Below, one piece after another: positions 38,662-55,139 of a stretch of DNA of 64,000 nt. This stretch comes from the human T2T-CHM13v2.0 reference genome, Homo sapiens, in assembly GCF_009914755.1 (NCBI RefSeq), contig NC_060930.1. One strand, written 5' to 3'. Position 1 is the first letter of the stretch; every line of letters starts with the position of its first letter. The position numbers and the translations under genes were made by a program. The notes under the pieces are model-generated. The model ran no database searches. It saw only the letters and a program-made list of their open reading frames with translations, and had not been told where the DNA came from.

Positions 38662-40858
38662 TTAATGCATCTTTAAACATGAACTGACACAATTTAAAGA
38701 GCAAATAGATATAAATGCTCTAATTTTTCTTTTAGCACATAAAAAGCATCTGAAAATTTTGATAGTTTCTGCCATGTTAATGGAGTTATTTAATAGAAGC
38801 CACAGGCCAAGCAGTTATTTTCTTTTGTTAATGCTGTATTTGATGCTGACATGGTGTTAAATATTCCTAAGCCCCAGCAGAAGCACAATATTGATTTCAG
38901 TTGGACCAGAAAGCATCCTTTTGTGAGTGCCTCTGACAGTCCTGTGAACAATGCTGTTGGTTACTCTGGGCTGAAAACAGGCCTCAGTTTCAGTGTCACC
39001 ATTTTAACACTCTCATTTATCGCAAACTGACGGGCCCATCCATTCTAGCTGCACATCTGTGGCCTGATGTTTCCTGGGAGGCGCAGCCAGGCCACTTTGA
39101 AAGGCAGCAAAAAGCTTTTAGGAGTGAACTGAGCAGGGCAGTCACTGCAGTATCATTGCCTCCTGAAGTTCTTGAAGCATTTCCCAGTCTGCATGGGCAG
39201 GAGGACCCAGGGTTTGTGATGAGCACCTGCTGCAGAAAGACTCGGTCTTCCTGAAGATGTGAGGCAGCAGAAGTGCTCTAGAGATGCCTTCACAAGGGCA
39301 GAGTGATCAGTCACCATGCCTTAGAGGCAAAGCACTCAGGAACTGAGAAAAGACAAAAGCAGGGGAGGAAAGCGTTCTGGCCTGGAAGGGTGACGCTGGC
39401 ATGGGGGTTCCTGTTGAGTGCCTTTCCTCATTGTCCTTCCTACCCTGAATGAAGCAGGTGAACCACATGGGAAATCTGTCCAGACTTTTGGCAGACAGTG
39501 AGTTTTCTCCAGGTCTTTCTTAAGTCTGGAGGCCCTGATGCCGCCGGCCTTTGTGCTTGCGTTTGTGTTGTTTTCTAGATCCTGGAGTTACAGTGAGCTG
39601 GGGGTCCTGTTGAGGGGCTGGTTAGAGCCTTGCAGCTTCCCACCTGGCACACCCCTCGCTCCTCCGGCAGGAACCGGGCCATTTCGGGGACATTGTAATT
39701 TTCTTCATGAGGAACAGAATGTGATCTTTCTTACAGTCAGCTGGGGATACAAGCGGCTCTTGTTAGAAGGAAAACGACTGTAGAACACAGCATTTTCTCT
39801 CAGATAAAGCAGTTAGTTTTAGAAAGGAAATTAGAGAGAGAAAGTAACACGTTGGCCCATTGTGTGTCTGAGCGGCGCTCTGCCTGCAGCTATCTCCGTG
39901 TCAATGGCATCCTTTGATAGTCGCAGTGGACCGGGTCACACCCCTTTAATCTGACTTGTGGGGGAAAGAAGAGAATTATCCTTAGGCCTCAGAGAAAGAA
40001 CAGAGGAAATGGGAGTTTTGCTTTTTCGGCGAGGATTTAGGTTTCATCGGAGTTCATTTATGTTTGCAGATTGCGCCCTCCGTTATGAAAACACATCCTT
40101 TCCTTCTACTCCCGGAGGAGGCCTGCCGCGGGAGGGAAGCTCTTCCTGACCTCTGCCTCCCCGAGGAGGCTGCCACGGCGCGTGGCCCTAGATTCTGACA
40201 GAGGTACTGGGCTTGGGTTTGAGCAAAAGCAAAGACAGTTCCAGTGATGTGTCCTGTTAGCCCTTCGATTTTAGCATTTTCGGTTGATTGGCCTGAAAAC
40301 AGGTGCTGCTCAGGCAGCTCGTGATCCACTTGGCCCTCTCCTCGTTCATCCTGGGGCTGCCAAAGCAATGGGTAGAGAATCAAGGCCTGGCCTAGAGTCC
40401 AGGCTCTCCCTAGTCATAAGTGTGGGATGTTGCCTCCCCCATGGAGCCAGGGTTTTTGCAAAGTGGGAAGGACAGTAGCTACCTAAAACGGCACTCAGCG
40501 CTGTTAGGGACCTGACGTGACATTATTTATTCGAGAACACCCTTAAAACTGTCAAGAATTGAGTAAGACAAAGCACCACCATGTTTCTCCCTGGCAGTAC
40601 GAGCTGCTTCAGAGAGCAGGTGTGGGCAGAGAGAGGAAGTGAGCCTTATCAGCCTGATCTTTCAGTCAGATTTTTACATTTTTTTAAAAAGAAGTTTGGA
40701 AATTTACCAAGGGAGGAGGAGATTGAAGAAGAATTTTACAATTATTTGGAGAATTCAGTGAACCGTTCTGTTTCTGTCCACCTCTTTTTGAAATTACTGA
40801 GAAGTAACGTTTTCATTAGTAATCGCATTACATGTGCTGGTACAAAGACTGAGTTGTG

Positions 40859-41352
<494 letters not shown>

Positions 41353-42857
41353 CTAGCTGGTATTGTAAAATCTGTTTTGTGATCATTTGGGAATGCCATT
41401 CCCTGGAACTGGAGTATGAAACTGGAAATTTGCTCTAAGAATTCTGGAGAACTATCCTATCATGTTTTAAAACGGACAATAAAGCCTGTACTGTTCTTAC
41501 TTTCTGCCTTTGTCAGCAAGTAGGAGTACACAAAAATGAAGTAAAGATGTTACAATATTCACTGGAATATTTATCAATCATTTAAGTATTATACCACTGC
41601 TTTTTTCATAATCCTGAAATGATGGAAATGTGATTTTACTGTGAACTATTAGTCAGTGATATTCATGTCCAAAATTATGCCTGGGACCAAATTGCCCTTG
41701 GCATCGGGGGTCTCTTTGGGGTCTGACATGTAGATCCTGTATAGATTCTGTGTTCCTGGTTTTACTGTTTCTGAGTGGGTCTCATCCACTGGCCACTGCC
41801 TGGCCTCTACCACTTGCGCCCTCAACCAAATGCAGCATTGAGAGACGGTCCCCTGACCACTGAGCCTCAACTGCCATGCTGAGGTTTTACAGCTGGGGGG
41901 CTGGGTTGTGTCTGCCCCAGGGCCAAGGAGGAGCAAATTTGGACAAATTAAAAACCAATGCCAAGATAACCAACTCATAAAAGGCTCGTGAGCATATCTG
42001 CTTAGACTGGCTTTGCAGGAAAGATAAATAAATAGCAGACTACCTGCCCCCCACTTTCCATCCCATACTCTCAGGCGGATATGCCTCCTCTTTCTGCACT
42101 CGGTATGTGTAGAATCTGGTTATTGACATTTATTTATGTTTATGCCTAGAGGAGTGTTTTTGCGGAAGCAGGGTAGGTAGAAGAAGGGAGGATTATTCGG
42201 GGTAATTTTATGTGATTGCTAACAAACGTCTTTTTCCTCTTCATAGTTCCCATGGTGATTTTTTTCATTCGGTGTAGCATTGATCTTGTGGGCTTTAATT
42301 AGACCCTAATAGTCCCCAAGAGCAGAGAGTGTTGCAGTTCGTTAGTACCTGTTTTTATTTAATGTTTGTGGATGGGCGGACAACATGAAATGGTAGAAAA
42401 TCTATTCTGTTGGTATCTGTTACATTGCTTGATATAATCACAGGAATATAAGAGTAGCATGAAAGGAAAAAATTAATAATAAATAATTTTGCTTTTTTCC
42501 CTCTTGAAAATGTCAATTCAAAAAATTCTTTTGGGATTATCTAGTTAAAATGTTGGTTTTAAAGAAATCGCAAAAGAGGATAGACCACAGGAGTTCTCAG
42601 TGTCGGGGGCTTGGCCTGGGGCAGGTGGGGGCTGTGGGGCTCCTGCAAGGGATCAAGGACCTGGCATGGTCTGCAAACAATGAGTGGCGCATCTTGTGTA
42701 GATGTGAGTGCTAGTGCCTTCTCCAAGTGCATATAGATCCTGTTGTGACTAATCAAACATCAACTCAATTAAAAGCATCACTCAATTTACGATATAACTA
42801 TGTATTTCCTCAATAACCAAAAGATGTAAAATACAGGTACTAGCAAATGTGGGTGGA

Positions 42858-43146
<289 letters not shown>

Positions 43147-43770
43147 TAGTGTTGATCTGTATTACATCGTAGATAAATGCAGAATAAAGGTATTTCTCCA
43201 GCAGTGTTGATGAAAGAACATTCTGGAAAACAAATTGTTGACGTTCATCATAATGTAGAAGGTGTAGCTCCTGCTGTTCTGCCTAGATGACAGAGCTCCA
43301 AGTGACCATTTGATGATGGCAGCAAGACTTAGAAACAAAATAAGAGATCCCCTTCTTCACCAGCTGTTAATGTTTTCCATAGGGTGAGGAGGGAGGCAAA
43401 CGTCTTGTTTCTGTGGTGGTGGCTGGAAGTTTGGAGACTTTGTTGGAGGGACAGTATGAGTCACAGAAGAACAAGACACCTTGTATTGTGTGACAGTGGA
43501 GTGTGAACAAGCTTTGCACACGTGTGGGCGGCCCTCGCTGGTGAATGCTGCCTGTAAACTGATAAGGGAAGAGTTGGGGTTTCCAGGGAGCTTGGAGCAG
43601 AGGTAGCTAGAGAGAGCCTCAGGGTGGGAGCCTCTAGAATGGGTAAGCTCAGTGAGCCTGGCAGGTGGTGGGGTGGCCTGTGCGCCCCAAGTGGGGTGCA
43701 GGGGTAGATGGGGGGACAGCTAATGAGCAAGGTGTCCACTTCATTCCTCTGGGTTGATCAGTCAACATCA

Positions 43771-44593
<823 letters not shown>

Positions 44594-47500
44594 TTAGATG
44601 ACCTCAAATCCAATTTCCCATATGCCATGCAGGAATTCTTCTGTAGGAAAGCTTCTCAGAAGTCTGGAATGTGTGTCATTTTAATCAAGAGTTGCAGTTC
44701 TTAGTTGTACCCTTAAGTTATATGGAGGCAGAAATAATGTGACTAACACTGGGCCCCGTGTGGAAACATCCCCCGTTTGCTTATGGCCGGGGATGGGTTA
44801 GAGACAGCAGGCGAGGAGGGTTTCCCTGAAGATGCAGGGGTGCAGGCCGATGTGGGCCTTCTTACACGGTCCTAGGCCCAGTTGTGTTTCTCCCTGCTAG
44901 CACGGGTTGGCAACAGGAGACACCCAGATCATCCCTTTATCTATTTTTTCCTGTATAGGACAATGCATAAAGCATGCATGTGCTCGAGAAGGCTTCCTTT
45001 TCCTGACTGGCAGCCACAGCAATTGGCATAGCAAGCAGCAAAGTAAGGCCTGGTTAAAATGCACATGCAATTCATAGCGGGGCCTCTGATGTCATTGCTG
45101 TGGACTTTTGTTTTTAGAACCTGAAAAACACACGTCCTCCAGGGGCCTGGGAAATTCCCAGGTGGCCACCACCGTAAACAGTATCTCATTGAGTTTGACT
45201 AAACTGTGGCAGGAGTTCACGCTTCTAACCACCACTGATACAAGGTGAGAAGGGGTCGGCATGGGGAAAGATGCCTTTGAAAGGCCATCTGTGGGCAAAG
45301 TCTCGTGCCCCTCTGTGAATGCATTTGATGTAAATTTTTGTTCCTCTTGGTTGAATAAATATTGTTACTAAAAATAGCTTTAAAAGGACATCAGGATACA
45401 GCTGGAGCAAGACAAAGGAAGCAGGGCAGATTGCTGTGGGTTTTGGAACTTTGCTTTCCTGAACGCATTGTACGTGTACAGTCCGTTACGGCCCAGCCCC
45501 ATCACTCATGTCATTCCCAGAGGCAAAGGCATTTGGATTAGTGAAATGCGGCCTCCCTAGTCCTGCCCCTGAGTTCCTAGTTATCTCTGTAACAGCAGCT
45601 ACACCTTGGGTTAGGGTCTTGAAGTTAGCAGCCTCCGCCCCACCCTGATAGACAGACATATTCTCCTTCTAGATAGGAAATAAAAAGCAGAGGATGCCTG
45701 TTGGAGAACAGAGCTGGGCAGCAGAGGGTGGGCAGGTGGCAATGTGGTGATACCCTCTCCACCCTGTGGGGGACGCCAGTTCCTGCACTTCCCATCCAGC
45801 CGCTGGGTGCACTGCCACAGTCACGGCTTGCAGAATGAAGGATTTATTAGTCATGGAAACTGGCCTCGGAGCACCGTGCCCCCACTAGAGGCACAGCGGT
45901 TCTGGGTCTTGAGATCCTCATACACTAAAGGTCTGCCACAAATTTAGGATCATCTTCATGCTTTGTAAAAAAATTTTTTAAACCCCTGTTGGGTCAGATC
46001 CTGGTCTATCATGCGACGGTGGCACCAGAGGGGGCTCTGCAGGGGGCATCAGACAACCTCATTTCCCTTAATACAACTCACTATAGATCTGTGAGTTCAC
46101 ATCGTTTCTGAGCTTATTTATAGTTTCAGCCTCTTCAGTGTCCTCTGTGTTGTCATGAATTTTCCACCATCGTGTAAAGTTAGCTCTTTTTCTTACTTAC
46201 CCTGAATCTGCCTCCTTCAGTTCAAAGTGGTCTCCTTAGCTCTGGGGTTTCAGAGTTGACGGACATGCCTGTTCACCCTTTCTATTCTTTTCCAGTATAT
46301 TTTCTAGTGAGATTCACTGTAGGTTTCCACAAGATGAACACTAACTGGAGCGATGAGTGCCTTGTGGATCCTTCAAGGATTTCAACAGCAAAGTTACCTC
46401 GAGCCATAAGCCTGCATTATGTTCTGACTTATAAGAAAAGTGATTTTTCTTTCTCTTTGTTGTCATGGGGCTGTCTTCCACCACATTAGGCAAAAAAAGT
46501 AGTGCAGTGCCTTGTTTTCAGAGCTTCTGCTGACAAATGAAGATTCCGAGGACTTTTGGGTTAGGCAAAGAAATGTGGTATTCTCTGGCTTCAGAGGATC
46601 TCTTTGAGAACCTCTTTGGAGGAGAATGCCTATCCCTGCTTTGCATTATAACTCTTAGAAACAAAAATTATTGTGTTTATAAATCTTCCCTTAGCTGTCT
46701 GCTCCTTAAATCGGCTCCTCACAAAGTGGGAAAAGAATCCAGGGTTCTCTGTTTGAAGTGCCCAGCCCAGTGCCCCCCAGCCCTGGAGGGCCTGGCGGGG
46801 GCCTCTTCCTGCCCTTCACTGCCTTTTTTCATGGCTGTCTCTGCAGACTCAGCTGAAGTTACCCATTAAGGGGGCTGGATGTTGTGTCGAACAGTACAGT
46901 GGTGGTTAATGCTGTTTAATTGTTTAACTGTGACCCTCACAGAATTACCAAGAATAAAATACTGCTGTTTCATTACCAATAAAATTTCCTAAAAGTGCAT
47001 AAAGATAATTGTAGCTAGGAGTCAGTCTCTTTTCCAGAAAGATTCTTATGTCGGCTGAGTTCAAGTAGGTAGGTGCATGTTATATAGAAAGTTTATTACA
47101 CGAGTTGTTGGCTATTCAGACATGCACGTGAGGCAGCTGGAAATGAGATCCTTCCATGGGAAATGCTTAGTTTGGAAAATGAAGACCTGAGAACATAAGA
47201 AAATAGAAATGTCACAGCCTGTTGTTTCTGTTGTCTCTTCGGTGTTTGGAACATGGCATAGAACAATTGAAATTGGTTTTTCAATAGAAACAATTGAATA
47301 GTCCAGATTCATTATTTTTTCCCCTCTTGCTATAAATGAAGATTTATGCAAAATAATCACATTCTCTTTTCCTGCCTATTCTAATGAGCTATTATTATTA
47401 TTTTAAGACCTCCAGAGGTCTTAAAAGCACCCCAAAATGTGTAGCCCTGCCCCTATACATTTGTATATCCATAGCAGTGCTGTGCTCTCTATCACCCCCA

Positions 47501-47741
47501 ACTCTTCACCAGAGGGGTTGACAGTGACTGAGCCTACAGGAAGAATCATCAGAAAGGAATGTAAGACAGCAGCTCCATCCAGTATTCCCACCTGAAGAAG
47601 GTCTTGCCAGGTTAAGATGGCTATTGTGGATAATATACTCTTAGATATAAAATAATTCTCAAGCTAAGCAGATGGTGCTGGCACTTCGTCCCAATGTCTC
47701 CCCGCTTTACCTTTCATTAGTCAGATCTGAAAATTAACACC

Positions 47742-48047
47742 AGCCGGCACAGTGGTTCACATCTGTAATCCCAGCACTTTGGGTGGCTGAGGCAGGCGGA
47801 TGACCTGAGGTCAGGAGTTCGAGACCAGCCTGGCCAATGTGGTGAAACCCCATCTCTACAAAAAATACAAAAATTAGCCAGGCATTGTGGCTCATGCCTG
47901 CAGTCCCAGCTACTCAGGAGGCTGAGGCATGAGAATCACTTGAGTCCAGGAGGTGGAGGTTGCAGTGAGCTGAGATTGCATCACGGCACTCCAGCCTGGG
48001 TGACAGAGCAAGATTCTGTCTCAAAAAATAAAATAAAATAAAATAAA
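47742..48047 (+). mobile_element. AluSx-like
   Basis: Full Alu; TSD core AAATTAACAC. Confidence 0.93.
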
Positions 48048-48659
48048 TTAACACTAATGATGAAACTTTTAAAAGTTGTAGTAAGCAAAGGTAAAAACAT
48101 AAGCTGTAATAGAAGTTCAGTCCATGTTTAAGTATTTAATCGTGACAACTACATGTATATGTTGAAAATCCTTCTTTAACCTTAGAGTTCTGAAGTTTCT
48201 AGAGGTTGGATGGAATTGCTTCCTGCTCTTGAGAAGACTACAACCTGAAATATTCCGTTTGCATGTATATTTTAATACACATACTTTGATAACCTTGTTC
48301 TTAAATATATATGCTGAATAGTATCTTTCATCTTAGGACTTTGAAATAATTCATTTATTTGCCTTTTCTCCTCTGACTAAAAAGAGTTATAGTTCATAGT
48401 TTCCTCATTCATTCAGACCAGGACTTATTAAATTAGATAATTCCTGATTAGATATTCTATTTCTTAGCTGTGTACATAGTAGGTATTCAGTAAATATTAT
48501 TGACTTATTTAATGGTTACTTGTGCTCTTCAAATTACACCTGTATATTATGAAGTAGATTTTAGGGTGAATGTATGGGAAGCTATCATTGGTCCAGATTA
48601 ACTGCTTTTCCCTCTTGTAAATGAATCTATGAAAATTAATCACTTTCTCTTTTCCTGCC

Positions 48660-49070
48660 TATTCTAATGATCTATTATTGTCTTTAAGCCACCCCAAAAC
48701 TTAGTGACCCGAAGCAAATTTTGTTCTACTATCTCCTGGTTCTGTGGGTTGACTTGGTTCAGCTGGGCGTTGTCTGGTTAGGCCATTTCATGCAGCTTCT
48801 GCCTGATCCTGGCTGCCAGGGCCGTCCGCCCTTGGCTGCCTCCCTCACAAATCTCTCTCGTACGTAGCTGTGACCAGAGCAGCTCAGGGCGGGCCAGCTG
48901 TGGCTTCGTCGCAGCAGGGTGGTCTTGGGTAACCAGCCTCTAGGGCCAGTGTTCCAAGAAACCAAGACCAAAGCTGAGCCAGCCTTGAAAGACCCAGGCT
49001 TGTGCTTCTGTCACATGCAAGTTCTGGGAGCAGCAAAGAATTTGCAGCCATCTAACCTACCCTGTGACAT
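48660..49070 (-). mobile_element. MLT1 (F/G/H-like) LTR
   Basis: CCACCCCAAAACTTAGTG...TTCTGTGGGTTGACT...CAGCTGGG...CAAAGAATTTGCAGCCATCT. Confidence 0.65.
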
Positions 49071-49670
49071 TCTAAAAAGCAGCGTGTTTTTTTCTCTTTC
49101 TCCTTTTTTTTTTTTTTTTTTTTTTTTACATTTTAATGGTTGTTTATTGGGTTGAACCAATGAAAAAAAAAGATTTAATTTTCTTTTTAGAAAAACACAA
49201 ACATGTTCAGTTCTCCTGTTGTGCCATTACATTTTAGATTGTGTTAGTTTCAGATTATACTTAACTTGTCATAAACCAAGTAGAGTACATTTAGGTGCCT
49301 ACTCTGAAACTAAAAACATCTTAATTTTGTGGTTCTGACTCACTGTTATTTATGAGAGCTTTTCTGAGAATTGTCTCCTTGAGATCAGATCCCTTGGGGG
49401 ACAGAAAGTCCCTACTGAGTGTGGTAAAAATGCCCAAGCCCATTAAAACAATGGCCACCCCCATAACAATGCATTCTCCCCAGGAACCACACAAAACGGG
49501 AAATGAAATAAAATGGATGACTTAGAGTCTTCTTTCCTAGGGAGTCTGGATTGAACCATGGCATCTGGATAGTTAATGCCGTTCTATTTAGCAAGAGATG
49601 CTAAAAAAAAAAAAGAAATCTTCAAGGTCAGTCTTCTGTGTAGTGCCATGAGGCTCTCGTTAAAATGTCA

Positions 49671-50117
<447 letters not shown>

Positions 50118-50554
50118 CTACCTTGGCCTGATCCTCAGCTGCCTCTCTGAGCGCACTCATGCTTCTCTAGGGAGGACTGGAGAGGGCCCCTGTGGCTTGC
50201 TGTGATGCTGGCTTACCTCTCCCTGGGTAAGTGCAGCTGCCAGCAATGCTGGTTCCCATGGCAATGCAGGGCCCCAAGTGCCATGCAGCAAGGACAGCTC
50301 GGTGCGTGCTGTACAGGGCCATCTGCTCCACAGTAGCACCCTCCCATTGACAGGATCACAGCCCATACCTGCGTCCCTGGCCATTGTGGATTCCCAGGGT
50401 TTAGGACTGTGCTTGGCACACAGGAGGCACTCAGGAATATTTGTTGACTCAGCAGTAAATGCAGAAATCAAATATGTGTTATTTAAAAAATTGAATTAGT
50501 TGTAAAAACCAAAATAAGACAATTTCAACTAAAATTAAATTCTTTTGTTTTTTT

Positions 50555-50856
50555 GGCCAGGCATGGTGGCTCACGCCTGTGATCCCAGCACTTTGGGTGA
50601 CCAAGGTGGGCGGATCACCTGAGGCCAGGAGTTCGACACTAGCCTGGCCAGCATGGTGAAACGCCGTCTCTACTAAAAATACAAAAATTAGCTGGGTGTG
50701 GTGGCAGGCACCTGTAATTCCAGCTACTTGGGAGGCTGAGGCAGGAGAATCAGTTGAACCCAGGAGATGAAAGCTCGTGAGCCGAGATCACACCACTGCA
50801 CTACAGTCTGGGCGACAGAGTGAGACTCTTTCTCAAAAAACAAAAAACAAAAAAAA
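50555..50856 (+). mobile_element. AluS (Sx/Sz-like)
   Basis: Full Alu with A-rich tail. Confidence 0.93.
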
Positions 50857-51139
50857 TTATTATTTTTTTCTTGAAAAAAATGTTAAAAAAAAAAGTAAAA
50901 CCTGGCAATACTGGGCCTGAGAGGTCTGGTGGGAACTGCGCAGTAGCTGCCCTCACATGGCGAGGCTCATTCTCCAGGTGACTGAAGGCTCCTACCCTTG
51001 TCTATGCCTTTCCACCCAGCCTACTTCTCCTGTTTGAGTTTGCAAACCCCATAAGGCATGTTCCCATCTCTAATTTGGAAACACCATCCGAGTTTTTAAA
51101 TTTATTTTGAAGGAGGTCATAAAATTCTCGCATTGCAAG

Positions 51140-51960
<821 letters not shown>

Positions 51961-52749
51961 AAGACTTTAAATCCTATTAAATAATTGTGTGTGTTATGTA
52001 GCACTTTAGGCATAAGAGAAAAAGCATCACATCAGAAAAACAAGGATAGGTTGTCAACATTCCAAAAAGTTTGGAAAAATCACTACTATAAGAAGAAAAC
52101 TATAACCTAACAACTCCTGAGTTAGAGCAAAGGGCAGCACCAGGGAAAGAACCTGAGTGGAGGGCTGGAGAGGGGAAGACAGGGCAGGCAGCAAGCTTCA
52201 CTGGAGGGAGCCTCAGGCAAAGTTTGGCTTCCATCAGCCCCTCTGACCTAATTCGTCTAGGAAATCATCAATGTCCAGTGTGCACTAAAGTGAATCTGGC
52301 TCTGAACGCGGAGGTAGCAGGGATGGTGACAGCACTGCACATTCTCAAAAGCCCATTCCTTGTGATATTTTACATCCTTCTGTTGTTAAAGGGCTTCCAG
52401 TATAGAGGACATGCTTACACAGCACAAGCCTTCCCCTTAATTGCTGGGTCCTGCTGAAGATACAGTGCCTGTCCAGTTAGAAAGAAGGTTCTTCTCAAGG
52501 ATTGCAAACATGTGGCATTTATATGAGTACTACAGCAAACAGCTGTCTCTTGATAGCAAGAAGCTCCCCTTAACACTGTGATCCCAAAAGACAAAGTATG
52601 TTTTCAGAATGATTGTCCAAGTTTATGATAAAGCAGATAGAAGGAGGCCCTGCTCTTTTGTGAAGTCGTCTTGCTTTCATTGGAGGAGTAATGCTGATTT
52701 CCTGTTTTATGGAGAAGATAAGCCTAGGAAGACACTTGCTTTATAACAA

Positions 52750-52960
52750 CAGCAGTAGGAGTAATTTATTGAGGACCTACTGTGTGCCAAGCACATTCTT
52801 ACTGTTAATTAGTCCAGCATCCTACAAAGTAGATATTTTGATTCTCATTTAATGGGTGAAAAATTTGACGCTCAGACGTGGCGCAGGATTTAAGATCATT
52901 TAACTGGTGAATGGCAGAGCTTGCATCTGAGCCCTGGACAAAGGCTATAAAACCCAGGTC
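52750..52960 (-). mobile_element. MIR
   Basis: ATTTATTGAGGACCTACTGTGTGCCAAG...CTCATTTAATGGGTGAAAAATTTGACGCTCAGA. Confidence 0.65.
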
Positions 52961-53479
52961 TCTATTCCCCTAGGGCCATCTTCCCAGGAGATGATATTTC
53001 TGGGAGGGAAGAGGTCTTAATGTGAATGACAGAATCTCATCTCTCTGGGACAAGATGGCCAAAGGCAAAATTGTTGGCTAGGTGAATCTGGCAGCAGAAT
53101 CTAGCCTACTGCAGCTGGGACAGCAGGCAGCTGCCCACATGTCCAGCATGGTACTCTGAACTCCAAGGGGCTGTCCTCACTCTGGCAAGAACTCAGGGCC
53201 CTAAACATTTCTTCATCCTATCCCCAAACACAGCTCACCAAATTGTTGCCCTCTCTTATATGGAGTTGATGAGCCTGTGTCTGTAAAGGTGTGAATGACT
53301 AGGGTTGTACACTGTGTTACCCTCCATAGTCCTTCACCCAAATGAATGTCCTTCCTAGTAGGTATTTCAGGCAGACTTTTGGGGCAGTTGTGCCCTAGGT
53401 ACTCCTCAAATCACTTTATGAAGGAAGCTGCCTATATGTAGGGGAATCTTACGCAATAATCATTTTGGAAGTTGAAAGA

Positions 53480-53880
53480 CGTCAGGCAGGATGGGCCAGA
53501 TTATGCTGTGGTTACAAACAACTCCAAAATCTTAGTGACTCCTGACAACAGAAGTTTATTTCTTGCTCAATCTCTGTGGCTGTTGCAGGTCAGCCTGGGA
53601 TTCTGCCCTGCAGCTCCTCACTCTGGGCCCCAGGCTGATGGAACGATCATGTCAAATGTTGAGGTCATCGTGGCAGAGGGAGAGAGTCCTGGAGGATACT
53701 GCACCTGCAATTAGGTGCTCTGATCTGGAAGTGACTCACCTTACCGCCATTCACAGCTCAGTATGGCACTACCCAATCACAGGGGCCAGAAGCGAAGTCC
53801 ACCAGGTGCCCGGAAGTGGAGCAGAGCCGGAAAGATTTGGCAAACTGCTCTCATGTCCATCACAAGTCTCTTGAAGTGTC
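53480..53880 (-). mobile_element. MLT1 (K/L-like) LTR
   Basis: TTATGCTGTGGTTACAAACAACTCCAAAATCTTAGTGAC...AGTTTATTTCTTGCTCA. Confidence 0.65.
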
Positions 53881-54307
53881 CCTCCCTGCCCTCTGTCACT
53901 TCTTCCCCCTCTCTTACTGTGGATTACCACAGGGAGGGCTTCAGGCCAGAAGGACCCAGGCCCACCACTCACTGGCTGCGGATGTGTGGGTACGTTACCT
54001 CTACAAAATGGAGACTAACACTTACTTGAAAGTGTGTTGTTGTGAGGATTCCATGAGCCTGGCACAGCAGTGTCCAGTAAATGATAAGCTATCAGGTACT
54101 CTCTGATGAAAAATTATGTTCTCTCATAGCCAAAAAAGTCCAGTGTTTCACTTTCTTTTGATCCTATTTTCCTTAGATAAACCAAGGTTTGGAATTCTAT
54201 TCTAAGAGAAGGAAATAAGTGTTAAAATGCTACTACTTATATATTTGAAAGACCAGAAGGAACCAAAATTAAATGTCCAAAAACAGGAGAATAATTAAGG
54301 AAATTGA

Positions 54308-54390
54308 TCTCGAACTCCTGACCTCAGGTGATCCACTCACCCCAGCCTCCCAAAATGCTGGGATTATAGGCGTGAGCCACCGCTCCTGAG
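54308..54390 (-). mobile_element. Tail-less Alu 5' fragment inside an old L1 remnant
   Basis: TCTCGAACTCCTGACCTCAGGTGATCC...GTGAGCCACCGC; flanked by ATTAAGGAAATTGA/ATTAAGTAAACTGA. Confidence 0.88.
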
Positions 54391-55139
54391 ATTAAGTAAA
54401 CTGACCTAATGACTTCATGAAATGTTATGCAGCTATAAAAATAATAAGGAAGATTATGTATCAACATGTAAAATGCCCATGATAGTATATGGATTGAAAA
54501 AGTGTCAAAAAGCTAAAGGTATCCATTGACCACAAGTATGTTAAAATAAACACAGGTGACAAAAGACTGGATTTGAAAATATGAAAAATGGCAGTTGTAT
54601 CAGAGTTGTTAAATTATGAATGTTCTGCAATGTTATTTATATAGTTTTAAACACTGTTATTTTACAGATAGAAAAACTTCAGAAAAATATCCTAAATGCA
54701 TTTATTGGCACTCTCAGAAACTATTAAGAAAATTTAAAAATAGATACATTAATATCATGGTAGGCTAATACTACATAGATTGTCTCCAGCTCATGAACCC
54801 AGTGGAAGAAACTGGGCAAGAGATAAGTTTAAGTGTTTTAGAAAGCAGAACTAATAGAACATGGTCTTTGGCCAGTAAAGTCTATACACACACATGTTAT
54901 GGTGGCTTCCACGTGTGAGCAGGCCTGGTGAAGCTGGGAAAGGAGTAGAGGGCCCTTCAGACCTGGCCTGGAGAGCTGGTGGAGCAACCGGTCAGTCGTC
55001 TTCGGTAGTTAGTGGTGGGTTACCAGGTCAGTCTCTCCCAGGGACCTGAGGACCCGGGTTATGAGAAACATGGCTTTTCATTCCTGGCATTTTCAGGTCT
55101 CTTCCAGCCCCTGACACAGAGGTCCATGGTCTTCAGATT

